Below are positions 12,701-24,700 of a stretch of 64,000 bases of DNA, piece after piece (the first letter of the stretch is position 1; each line of letters opens with the position of its first letter). The DNA lies in contig OZ116698.1 of NCBI GenBank assembly GCA_964199315.1, forward strand, positions 15,624,001 through 15,688,000, written 5' to 3'. Source of the stretch: Orbicella franksi (lineage: Eukaryota). The notes under the pieces are model-generated. The model saw only the letters and a list, made by a program, of their open reading frames with translations, was not told the DNA's origin and ran no database searches. The position numbers and the translations under genes were made by a program.

Positions 12701-15700
12701 AACAGCAGAGCGAAGCCTGGTAAACCGCTGACGTTCAAGAACACTGCGCCACCAATACTAAGGAGAAAAGAAAGAAAATTTTGAGACCACTGTCCTTACT
12801 TAACAAATATGGCAGCAATACTATACTGTCCTAATTATACGTCGATTACCTTTATGAACGCTTTGAAACATTGTCGGCGTAAACTTAGTAATCGTTGGAT
12901 AAAGTTTAGGCTAACTTTGAAAACTAACCACATTGTAGAGAAACAACAACACAACCTGAGCAATTTAACATGTGACAGTTTCGTACTCGACAATGATTGG
13001 CTCAAATAACTGGTAGTGCAGTAAGCTCTATCTCTTTATTCTGCATTCGGTAAAATGTTGCGCGTTACTGTTGGCCCTCGTTAACTAAGAAAAGATAAAT
13101 TGAGGTCTGTCGGGGGTTGACATAGGAACAAGAATGCACCGCCTCCTAGACAAATCAAATCAGGCGAAAAATTTTCTTAAAACGATTTCACAGTTTTGTG
13201 CCGGGGGACTTCTACCTGGATAAGGAGTACAGCATCCATTCGGGCTTTCGCCAAAGCCATCGCACGTGCTCGGCGGTAATATCGCTGAATTCTGATGACG
13301 TTCAAATGATGATGCACTGCTGATGCAAACTTGTTTAAGTGTACCAGGCGCTCCGCTCTCTGACGCTGAAAAAACAATGTTTAGTCTTGCTAGACACTAT
13401 CACCATGAGCAAATTCTATGAAGAATCCAGTAAGCGTTTAAAATATTAACCAAATGGCAAATAAAAGAGCGATGTAGTAACGAAGAAGTGGGCTTTTTAC
13501 AAAGCTATCCCATCATTTCTTCCATATTCATGGAAGGATGCCTTTTCCGAGGAGGAACCGAATTCTGAATACGCGGTTCATAGTACTACAGGTCTTAAGA
13601 CCCTCATTTCCTTTATTATGCTAGTTACAAAGGGCAAGAAAGCTTAACTAGTGTAAAAAGCAATGTCTTACTTCAATCCTTTTCCTGGTGATGAATCCCC
13701 TGACTGCCGCCTGTATGGTGCGCGCAGCACGTACGTCACTCGCGATTACACGCCCGCAGTGCCCGCGGTAAGCGGCCTGTAAGATAAAAGCAGCTTCCTT
13801 GAGATTGCGGTATTCCTCGCGAGCTCTTCTTCCTGCTACATTGCTTCGGAACCATCTCTGGATCAGAATCGCCGCTCTGATTTGACAAACAACACAGCGA
13901 GCCTTCCAGCCGCGATAACATGATTGAAGCTTAACAGCTGCGTGCTTAGACGCCAGAAATTCTTCCCTCATCTTCCGAGAGGCAAAGTTTGCTCGGACTT
14001 TTCTTTGCAGAAGGATTGTAGCGTGTTTGAATTCACGGTAATTCTTCTGACACCGTCGTGCCCTTGCCGTTGCTTGCAGTACGATCACCAGTTGTTTCGC
14101 ACGGCAGTAAGCCCGTCTTTGTATCATTGCTCTAACGTTGGTCTGGATAAGTATGGCAGCCTTTAGTTTCTTCACTTTACCTCTAGCTTTGCTCCCTCGG
14201 TAACAGCTCTGTGAATTAAAGGAAAAAACAAAGGCTACCTTTAGACAAGGTGTTCTACAAACCAGAACTTTGCGCAATCCATTTAGCTCCAGGGTTAAAG
14301 TTTGAACATTTGGAGACTTCGAATGAAACTACAAAGCATAAACTTTGTCCCCAGAAATCAAACTCGCTCACCGGACCTTTTCAGCACAAAATACAAGTAG
14401 CGTCCGGGAGCCCCAAGGGGCATCGAATCCTAATCTATGGTCACAACTGCTTAGCCCTAAAATGATATTGAAAACTAATAAAAACTTTTTTCTACACTTC
14501 TTACTGTTGATTACAGGAAGGGACGATACCTGAATTCTAGTTGCTGCCCATTGCATCAGTTGGCATCTCTGGCGGACCGCTTTCCCCAACATGTACGCTC
14601 GATACCGACCTTGAATGACGACCGCCGCCGAGCGTTTTCTAAGAAATTTCGTCCTTTGTCGACGCATGCGTACCATGGACTGAGCCAGCACTACGGTCTG
14701 TCTAACACGAAGATATGCCTGTCGCTGACAATGACGTCTAAAGTGGGACTGAATAAGGATTGTGGCATGTCTAAAACAGTGGTATTCTTCATTGATCTTC
14801 TTCATTGTCACTTGAGCTCTGTACCATTGTTGAATGGTAACAACTGCTTCTCGTTTTCTTACAAATCGCTTTCTTACTTGATTGCGACGAACCGTTGCTT
14901 GTAATCTGCACACGACTTCTCTTACACCAAGGAACATTCTCCGCGTAACTTTTCGTCGAAAGTTCGCCTGCATCCTGATAACAGCTCTAAGCTTGCGAAC
15001 GAACTTCTGCGCAGCGTACATGCGACACGCAGACTGCAAAGTAATGATGGCACCGCGGATCACGTGATACGCAAAGTAGGTTTCCTCCATGAGCCGAAAT
15101 CCACGGTAATACCGCTGAACTTTTAGTGCTGCTGCATGCCTTCTCTGATTCTCCTCCAACATCTCACGAACGCGCTGTCTTGCTTTGAAACCACGGAAGC
15201 GCGCCTGTATGACAGTGGCGCTTTTACGCATTGTCTGGTAACACTCGCGTTGTCGTTTGCAAAGCGTATTAGCTCTGTATCTCGTCTGTAATGCAGAGGC
15301 AGTTTTCTTCAGCTTATGGTAAGCCATGACCAACTTCCACATGCGCGCCACAGCCTGTATCTGAATGGCGGCTTTCCTAGTTCTTTCGTACTCACTTCTG
15401 GCCAAGGACATTTTCCAGTAGGACTGCAAAACAATGGTGGCGTTCTTCAAGCGCAAGAATTCTGTTCTTTGAACACGGGTCCTGATGCAAGCTCTGCGGT
15501 GTTGTTGGACGGTGATGGCTGCTGATCTGATTGCGTTGTACTGTCTTCGGCAACACCATGCTCTTATCTCGGTCTGCAACATAATGCAAGCCTTCCTCTG
15601 CGCCAGATAACTCTGTCTCGCCTCTTGCATCTCTCGCCTAGTTCGGAATCGCTGTTGAATGACTAAAGCGGCGACCCGAAGGTTCAGATAGACTCGTCGC

Positions 15701-18700
15701 GCAATATGCCGCCTCGCAGCTGCCTGGATAATTACTGCAGACGATTTCTGGGCGAGGTATTTGGAGCGACATGTGTAACCACGGAAGGCGGATTGGATTA
15801 TAAGAGTACAGGACTTCAGCGCATTGTAGTTCCGGGCTACTGCTCGGCCAAGAAGCCAGGCGCGGCATCGAAGTTGTAAGACAAGTACAGCTCTTTTAGT
15901 AGCTTCATACTGCTTCCACGCCAGAAACCCGCGAACACAAGCCTGAATCTTGACAGCGGCATTGCGCATCCTGCGCAGTCTCGCTCGTACAAGGTATCCT
16001 CTAACTGCCATCTGTAATGTAATAACGGCGCCTCTCATAAAGTGAAACACCAGCTGATCACGCTTACAAAGTATTGTCGCCCTAAACCTCCGCTGGATCA
16101 CCAGCGCTGAATTCTTCAAATTGGTGAATCTCCTTCGGTGTTGAAGCATGCGCGTTTGAGCTTGCACTTTGACGATAGCTCTCCTAATAGCGAGGTACTC
16201 CTTCCTTGCCTTTTGCATCTTACACGTCGCTTGGATCAGCCTCACTGCTCGAAGTCTTCTGGCCAATTTTCTGTCGAGCCAACCACGTACACAAGCCTGG
16301 AGACGAATGGCAGCACTTCTCAAAGCAAGGAAACGTTCCCGTTGTCTTCTAGAGTCGTGCATAGCTCTGTACCTCTGTTGAAGAACTATGGCTGCGTTCT
16401 TCATTTCTAGGTATCTCTTACGACAGAGGTAGCTACGCCCTGCCGCTTGTGCAACGATGCACGCCCCGCGTTGAACGTGGTAATGCACGTATTGACGCAT
16501 GCCAATCACGCGGGCACGGTACCGCCTCTGGAGCATAATAGTGGCTTTCTTGAGATCGTGAAAGTGTTTTCTCGCCAAATACCCACGAGCTAGCGCTTGA
16601 ACGCGAACGATGCACTTGCGGGAAATATTATAGGATTTTCTGGCGAGGTATCCTCGATAGGCCGCCTGGATTTTCTTGGTAGCCCGTAGACCTTCTACCC
16701 GTTTTCTTGCTTGATAACCACGAAAAGAAGATTGAATCTTTATGGCTGCTTGCTTCAGGTGTTTAAAATTGGAACGCTCCTGACGGGCAAGTAAGAGGGA
16801 ACGATAGTGAAGTTGTAGAACCATAGCAGCCTGCCTTAAAGATCGGTACTTCGTTTTGGCCACGTGGCTTCTGTAAGATGTTTGAATCAGCACCGCAGCG
16901 AAGTGCAGACGTTTAAGATCTTTCCTGACTTTCCAACCACGAACAGCAGACTGCAAGACAACAGCCGCCTTAAGAATGTTGTAGGACTGTCTCGCACGAT
17001 ACCCTCTGTAATGCGCCTGAATGCGCATGGCACACGAGCGTATCCGCTGGTACTGTGAAACGTGTGAACGAGTCAGCAAGACGGAGCGAAAGTGCTGCTG
17101 TATTACAATAGCTGAGTGCTTCATCTGACGGTATCTTTTCGTAGCAAAATACTGGCGGAACGAAGCTTGAATCATGATGGCCGATGTGTACTGTACAAGA
17201 AGGTGTTTGCGGACAATGTTTCCCCTGACTATGGCTTGAAGACGAACAATGGCAAGACGAATGCGTTGATAATCCATGTTCTGGTGACGGCCTTGCATCA
17301 GAGCGCGATAGCGAGTTTGGATGACGCTTGAAGCGTGTTTTAAAGCCAAGAACTTGTTTCTCGATAGACAACGGCGTGTGTGCGTTTGAAGGGTAACAGT
17401 GGCCTGTTTGACCCGCATTAAGTGCTTCCGGCATCTGTAACCTCTATAGCGCGATTGAATCATCACGATAGATAGTTTGGTCTGTTTAAACTTCTGCCGA
17501 GCAGTTTTTGTACGCAGCAACGCCCTGAATTTTCTCTGGATCGTCACAGTGGATGCTACAAGCTTGAGGTATCTTCTCTGAGCGACATTCTTTCTCACGA
17601 GCGACTGAATCAGTACAGCAGCTTCTCTTCTCTTTAAAAATGCGCTCCTCTGCAAGTAACATCTGACAAAAGATTGGATCTTGACACAAGCAGCCTTTTG
17701 AGTCTCATACTTGTGCCTTTGCTGCCGTCCAAGGAAAGCCGCTTTGAAGTAAGCCTGTAGTCTTCTCGTGGCGTTTTTCATAACAGCAAACCTTCTTTGT
17801 GCTTGACACATCCTAGTGTGAGCTTGTATCTTGATAGTCGCACGTTTCAGCAAAACGAATCTCGCACGGTTTTGCCATGCGCGCACGTGACTTTGGATTT
17901 TAATTGCCGCTCGAATTTGCCTTACGACGCGGCGATCACGTTTACCCCTGAAGAACGACTGTAGCGCAATCACACATTTCTTCAGCTGAAGATATCGTGC
18001 CCTTTCTCTTCTCCCTAACATCGTTGCTCCGTAGATTTGCTGAATTAGCAAAGTCGCCCTTTGAAGCCGCAAAAATCTCCTCCGTTCTTTGGCTCCTCTG
18101 GTGAAAGCTTGAATTTTAACACAAGCCGCGCGTTGCTCAACAAACCGTCTTCTTGCCACGTATCCTCTCCAAGCAGCCTGCACTATCGTCGCAGCTTGGT
18201 TTCTTTTTACGTGTCGTTTTTTCTGATTGGCCAAAACGATAGCCTGTAGTCGCACAACAGTTTGACGGAAGTTTCTGTACCAGTCCAGGACCTCTCGGCC
18301 TTTTCTAAAGGCCCGGTAGTGAGTCTGGATGCACCGAGCGGCTTGGTGACGATCGTGAAGTTGTTTGCGAAATAGGTGACCACGGTACACAGACTGAATG
18401 AGGACAGCGGATTTCCTTACGGCTTGAAATCTACGGTGTGCCATAGCGGATCTGGCTTGTGCCTGTAAAAGGAGGAATTATGAAGTTAAACGGTTACTAC
18501 CATGGGTACGACTTCGAAAACCCAAAAGACAATTTCACTCATGGAAATCTAAAGGAAAATAGTCTAGGTTTGATAAAATTACTACATATCAGCACTGAAG
18601 CTATAAAAGGAGCGTTATAATGAGTTACGCATGGACAAGAAAGATGATTTTTCTGTGAGTGATACAGATGTACTCAGAAAATGAAAGGCGACTTCTCTAT

Positions 18701-21700
18701 ATAGAAGCCAGCCTAACACGTTGTGGTTAGTGGTCCAGAAGCTCTACCACTGAGCTACAAAAGACTCGTGGTAGCTAACGCCATTAAACTAAGTTCATGT
18801 GAAAAACATGAAGGGAAAGTGTCTTAGAGAAAATAGCAAAAACTTGCTCTCCCTTCGTCTATTAACTTGATATTTGATCTTGGTGTTCTGTGCTGTACGA
18901 GCGAAGGTACTTATGAAACCTACTTAAGATTGAAAGGTAACTTTGTTTACAAGAAACTTGTGTCTTGCTCCAGTTTTACAGCATTAAGTAAAGCACTAAA
19001 AGAGTTACTACTACCGTAACACACAAGGTTTCGCTACAGTTGATATTCTTACCATTTCTTACCTGAATGAAAACTACTATCCGTGCAACGTTCTGTGAGA
19101 AAAAAAAGGAGTGGATACAACTGATTAAGGACGTTCGCGCGAAATGTTCTACCCGATAGATTTTCTTCAAACTTCTACCGGGGACAGATAATGGATTACT
19201 TATTTCAGAAATGAAAAAAAAAAACTGGAAAACTAGTCTGATTTTGAAATTTGACGCGCGTAAATTAGCCTGAGCTCCTGGGTTTTTAGCTCAAAATATC
19301 AAAGATGAATCAACGGAGACAAACTATCCTAGTAAAATTTTGTATAAGTGAATCCGTTGCGTTAATAATTGCAAACGTTTCCAACGTTTTCACAAAACTT
19401 AACCCTTTACATTATAAGAGATGTTTGAAACTTCAAACCGCCGCACAAATAAACGAAGAGCTAAAAAGAACGGAATTCGATGGTGCATTTTGCAAAAAAT
19501 TCAAACTTCTAAATCGATAGATTTTCTTCATTTTTTCGCTAAACGTAAGAAATCGGTGGAGAAAATGATCCATCAAAAGAAAAACTAGGGGTCACCGTAC
19601 GTCCAAATCCAGGCAAAGCTATAGCATCTGCCCTATCACTGTTCATTTTATTACTTAGCGCGCGCTCGTGGCGTGTGAATTAATAATGGTAATAGGACTG
19701 AGTGGAGTCCAATTCGGTCTGTAATCATACGAGTGATTAACAAACTCGGACGACCGCGAAGCGGGAGTCCGATTTGTTAATCACGAGTATGATTACGGAC
19801 TGAATTGGACGACGCGAAGCCCTGTTACCAATTAATCAAAACTATGACAAAATTCGAGAAACGAACAAACCATCGATTGAGCGCTGAACGAGTAAACGTC
19901 GTTATGAATGCTGAAAAACAGCAGTTTACTCAACAAAGTGTACCGCAACAGCGCGCGCAAAATGACGCGTACTGTCCAATTACAAGCATGACGCGTACAC
20001 TGTCCAGTTAATGCTCAAATCGGGCTGCTGATAGCCAATCACGTTCGAGAATTTCGTCATAGTTTTGATTAAGTTGTTAATCATTCAGGTAAGGTAAGCC
20101 CATCATGAATTGTAAAGGACACAACAAAATCATACTGGGTCATTTTTATGTCGGACAAAATAGCCTTTCAATCGGGGATAATTCCAAAAAAGGCGGAGAA
20201 ACAAGAAAGATGATTGATCTTGACACTAATATTTTTGACGTCACTGGGCAGTGTTCAGTGTTGTGAACGATCGAATTCAGATTCTAGTCCTTGGCAATCA
20301 ATTTAACCAAGGTAATTTTAAACATTGATTTAGCGTTCAGGAAATTATTAACTGATGTTGTCCTCGAAGCTTTTTTCTAAACCAAAGTTTTTCAATTTGA
20401 CGAACCTTTTTCCTCTCCAGTTGCCTTCTAAGTCGATGTCGTCTCCAGGCCATCTGAATGCAGCGCGCGGCCTTCGTTTCCTCGCGAAGATCTAACAAAC
20501 GCGCGCAGAGATACGCCACATAAGTAATAACAACCTGAAATGAACAAATCGCGTCTTGAGTTAGAGCGGCAAAAGCATGAACAGTTTTTATGAGCGGACG
20601 GACGGACGTCAAGAATCTTTGGAAAAGGATATGTAATGCTTTTATTTACCTTCTCGTCGGGAATTGTGTAAGACATGTCCGAGGCCTTTGTCATCAAGGG
20701 AACACCACCCAGTTCTTGTACCTGAGATAAACAGGTGAAGGAATAATGAGAACAATTCGATACGGGAGCGCGATGGCCTCACGGTTAATGCGCTCGTCTC
20801 CGGATCGAGCTGTCCGGGTTCGAGCCCTGGCCGGGGACATTGTGTTGTGTTCTTTGGCAAGACACTTTACTCTCACAGTGCCTCTCTCCACCCAGGTGTA
20901 TAAATGGGTACCGGCAAATTTAATGCTGTGGGTAGCCCTGCGATGGACTTCCCCTGCATCCCATTCAGGGGGGAGTAGAAATACTCCTAGTCGCTTCATG
21001 CTACAGAAACCGGAGATAAGCGCCGGCTTGATGAGCCTCTTGGTTCGTATGCAGACTTTACCTTTACCTTACCATTTGATACAGCCATGGAAAACACCAA
21101 CATGCACAAACTGTCTCTCACCTTCTCCGCCATTGTGCGGAAATTCTCGCGCTCGTTGTTTTTCAATTCCTCTAGAAGTACGTTCGTTCCAGAACCTGAA
21201 AGGAAGGGTAAGAGAACCTAATAATTAAGTGTTGTACAAAGTTTCAATATATGTCTTTAAGAACAGCTAGGAATACTGGAGAATACATTTTATCTCCGAG
21301 AATCGATTGTCTGATCTCATGGTTTTCGTTAACATAACGTTTTCTTATGGCTAACGGATAAGAATGAGAAACGCTACGGAATTCTTGTAAGGAATAATGG
21401 TAAATAACCGACGGCACTGCTGAAGGCATGAATATAACCTCGGATCAAGCTTGGATGAGAAATAAAACATGACAAAAGGACACTGTGATGTTTGGAGGCA
21501 ACTGTTGCTTTGGCTCACTTGCTAAGATTCGTCACTCTTTCTGAAGTCTTTTCGTGCCACAAATAAAATCGAAAATGGAATTTTGGAAATGATGCGCCTG
21601 CTTACCTGGGCTAAATGTCGCCGTCCACGATTTCACATTCATTCCTTCTTCCCCCTCGCTGTCACTCGTGTCGTGTACCCCCGGATTGCAGGTCAGACTT

Positions 21701-24700
21701 GTTTGTTCTTTGACAAGTGACCGGGGGAGTAGTGAAGGGTGATAATGGTGAAGTAGGTAGCAGAGTGCACGACCGTCCGAGAAGGAGACAGTGAAATTCT
21801 CGATCTGAAATGATAAAGGGATTCAAACAATGGTTAGACACTTGAAAGCAAGATAAGATATTATATTTCCCACCCATGGGTTTATCTACTTCTTTTCTCT
21901 TTTTTGCGTTCTCGGTTCTGGAATTCCAATGGTTTTTCTTTAGACGTGTTATTAAATGAATTCGCGTTCTTACCTTCAAACCGTACAGTCTGCAGACTAT
22001 CTTACACCATTTGAAGAGCAAGCGCAGCCGATCTGACTGGAAATACAGGTCTGACGAGTCACGGCGTTTCCCCGCGAAATCTGCATTGTCTCCGTCGGCC
22101 CAGTTGTCTGCAGCAGTTAACTGAACGCGGAGAAGCCTGGTACTCTCCAAGTGAGCTATTTCCTCCTTTAGCAGTTTTTCGCTAAGAAGCACATTGACCT
22201 GTGACAAGTTTGTGAAAGAAGTTGTATGGTCAATGACAAAGTTGACTGTTCAGTCTTCTTCTAGTCATCAAACGGCATCGCAATCAAGGCTTTTATAAAT
22301 TTATTCCTCAAGAAGGGAAAGCCGGGCGTGTAACTGAAAGATATTCGGAACTTTTTACAATTCTTTTTTAGGGCGCGCACAATACATTCGCCCTAACGCT
22401 TCTGGCACGAATGAGTCAGCCGTAATACCAAGTTACGTTTGAAACTTCTGCATCGTCATATCTTACCTGGAAATGAAAAATAATCTGCCACAGTAAAGCG
22501 AGTGTTTTCTCTCTGTGTCCATCCACAACATGGCGCGCGTCAATAACCCCACCTGATAAATAAGGTATAAACACTTACGTTACACACGGAAGGATAGTTG
22601 ATTTGCCGTACAAAGAGCACCTGTCCCGAACAAGGAGGGTGAGACACGCACGAAGGGGAAAATACGACGAACCCATGCGTCCTCAACCGCGCGTAAGTCG
22701 AGCTGAACGCTCGCGTGGGCGCATCGAAGACAGACAAGTGTACATTTATTGGGGCGAACTTTGAGATTATTGAAATGCGTAGCGCACTGCACTCCATACA
22801 CAGATGGAAGTATTTCTCGTTGATAAGAACCACTTATCTTACATTTAACTCCTCCGACAAGAACACCTCTTTCTTTCAACGCGTTTATGAAGACGTCGAC
22901 GTTGTGTATTTTCTGTAAGAGAAGAAATAGGAAGCGTCAGCTTAGTCTACACACATTGTAAGTAACACATTGTAACACGGAGACTTGTATTAACGAAATG
23001 AAGATCTCTTCCCTTTTCTGTGGCTTATCTCTCTCTCAGCTATAACACAACTCGACGGTTCATTCACCTGTAATCTGGAGATGGCTGGAACACGGAGACT
23101 TGCCGATAACTGCCAATCTTGAGTCAAAAGCTCCGCCACGCGCCTGCGCATTAAAACAGATTGCCTGGTCAGTATTCAGCTAAATGAACTTTGATATCAA
23201 AATAACGAATTGATTAAACTTTTGGCTTGCAGAATTTTAGACGTCCTCCATTCAAGTCACTTAGCGAGGACAAGTGAAAGTTAGGCCATAACATGTTATT
23301 TTCCCATCACATTTTGCGTCTTTTTAAACACTGGAGAACTGGAAGCATCTAAAGTGTCAGCCAAACCTAGAGAGTTAAAAAGGTAGAGGTAGGCACTCAC
23401 GTTAAGCGCAGACCATCTCGGAGATCTATGGCGATGTTCTTCACGGCATAATCAACCTCATCAATTGCTCTCTGAAGGGAAATAATATGAAAGGAGTGTT
23501 GCAGTCAAGTACTGTATCAGAGAGATCGAATAAAGTCCTGAATGTAAATGTTCCGTTTTTCAACATCAAAACTCAAGACCAGTGGAATGAGTTCCTTACC
23601 TGAGAATGCGTAACCGAGTACCCCAGAAAGCTCAAGTGCTTCGTAACGTCTCCTTCTCCTTTGAGGTACTCACGAGAGAACGTTAGTAGAAGACTGCGAC
23701 TTGACTACGAAATAAAATGAAACGTTGCGGTTCAACATCTCTATGAACTATGCAAGTAAACTTACATATAAACAAAAGTTCACGTTTCACAATCAGTCTA
23801 GGGTCTCGGATTGCCTGTTAAGCGGTTATGATTTTTGCAGTTCCACGAAAGTAACACCAATGAGATTTACTACATTGATCTCTGCGGTGTTGTAGTGGGA
23901 AAATAGCTCACTAAGCACTCCGGGAGATATCTTTTACTTACTACGTAGAAGTTTTAGAACACTTCTTCTCTTAATGCTCTCATTAGTATTGTCTACACGG
24001 GAGTTCGTACCCTCTTACCCGCGACAGTTTTCTCAAAATTTATTAATACCCAAACAGCTCAAAACGTGTTCATAAACTGGATTAGCTATGTTAGCACGAC
24101 TTCTAAAGAAAGTGTCCTCTCCTTTCACTAACTTTTTGGAACTTTGGACATTACTTTGCGTATAAACTTCACGTACAAACCTTGAAAGACGCATCTTTGT
24201 TGAAGAGGCATGGGTCGTGATCGATAAGCCGAGTCAACTTAGCGCGATCCAAGAACAACACCAACAAAAGAAACTTCTTTAGAGTAAACTTGCCCAGCTG
24301 TTCTACATAACCTGTGAGCAGGAGTTGAACGGTGAAAGTAGCTTAGGTATAATTTTTTCGTTTTATCAAAATCATTCGAGAAAATCCGTTCTGTTGCATT
24401 GTTTGTTTTAATTTTGTGATTAATTTCACAAGGTCGCACGTTTCCAGAGAGGCGCAGTAACCTGCCTTGGGAACACTGTCCTGTACGCCATGAAAGTACG
24501 CAATGAAAACTCTTAAACTGCATTATCCAATGATGCAGTTTTTAATAATGGTGTACATGTTTATGCTATGGGTAGTGCTCAATGAACTAGCGAAGAAGCA
24601 AGATTCCTGGCTGGAGGAGATTCTTTGGTGCAGTACTTTTCAGACGCATAACACTTTCAAATCCGCAGTAATGGCAAAGAAACAAGAAGACAACTTATCT

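Noticed and set aside
14520-14529. U12-type donor after the ASPM giant exon
   Set aside because: The donor is GTATCGTC, not the GTATCCTT consensus.
13736-18249. Many 60-154 aa ORFs antisense or out of frame to the ASPM IQ exons
   Set aside because: Shadow ORFs of a long, GC-balanced coding exon; no recognisable motifs.
20642-21228. ORFs of 72-160 aa around 20.7-21.2 kb
   Set aside because: They are translations of a tRNA-derived SINE.
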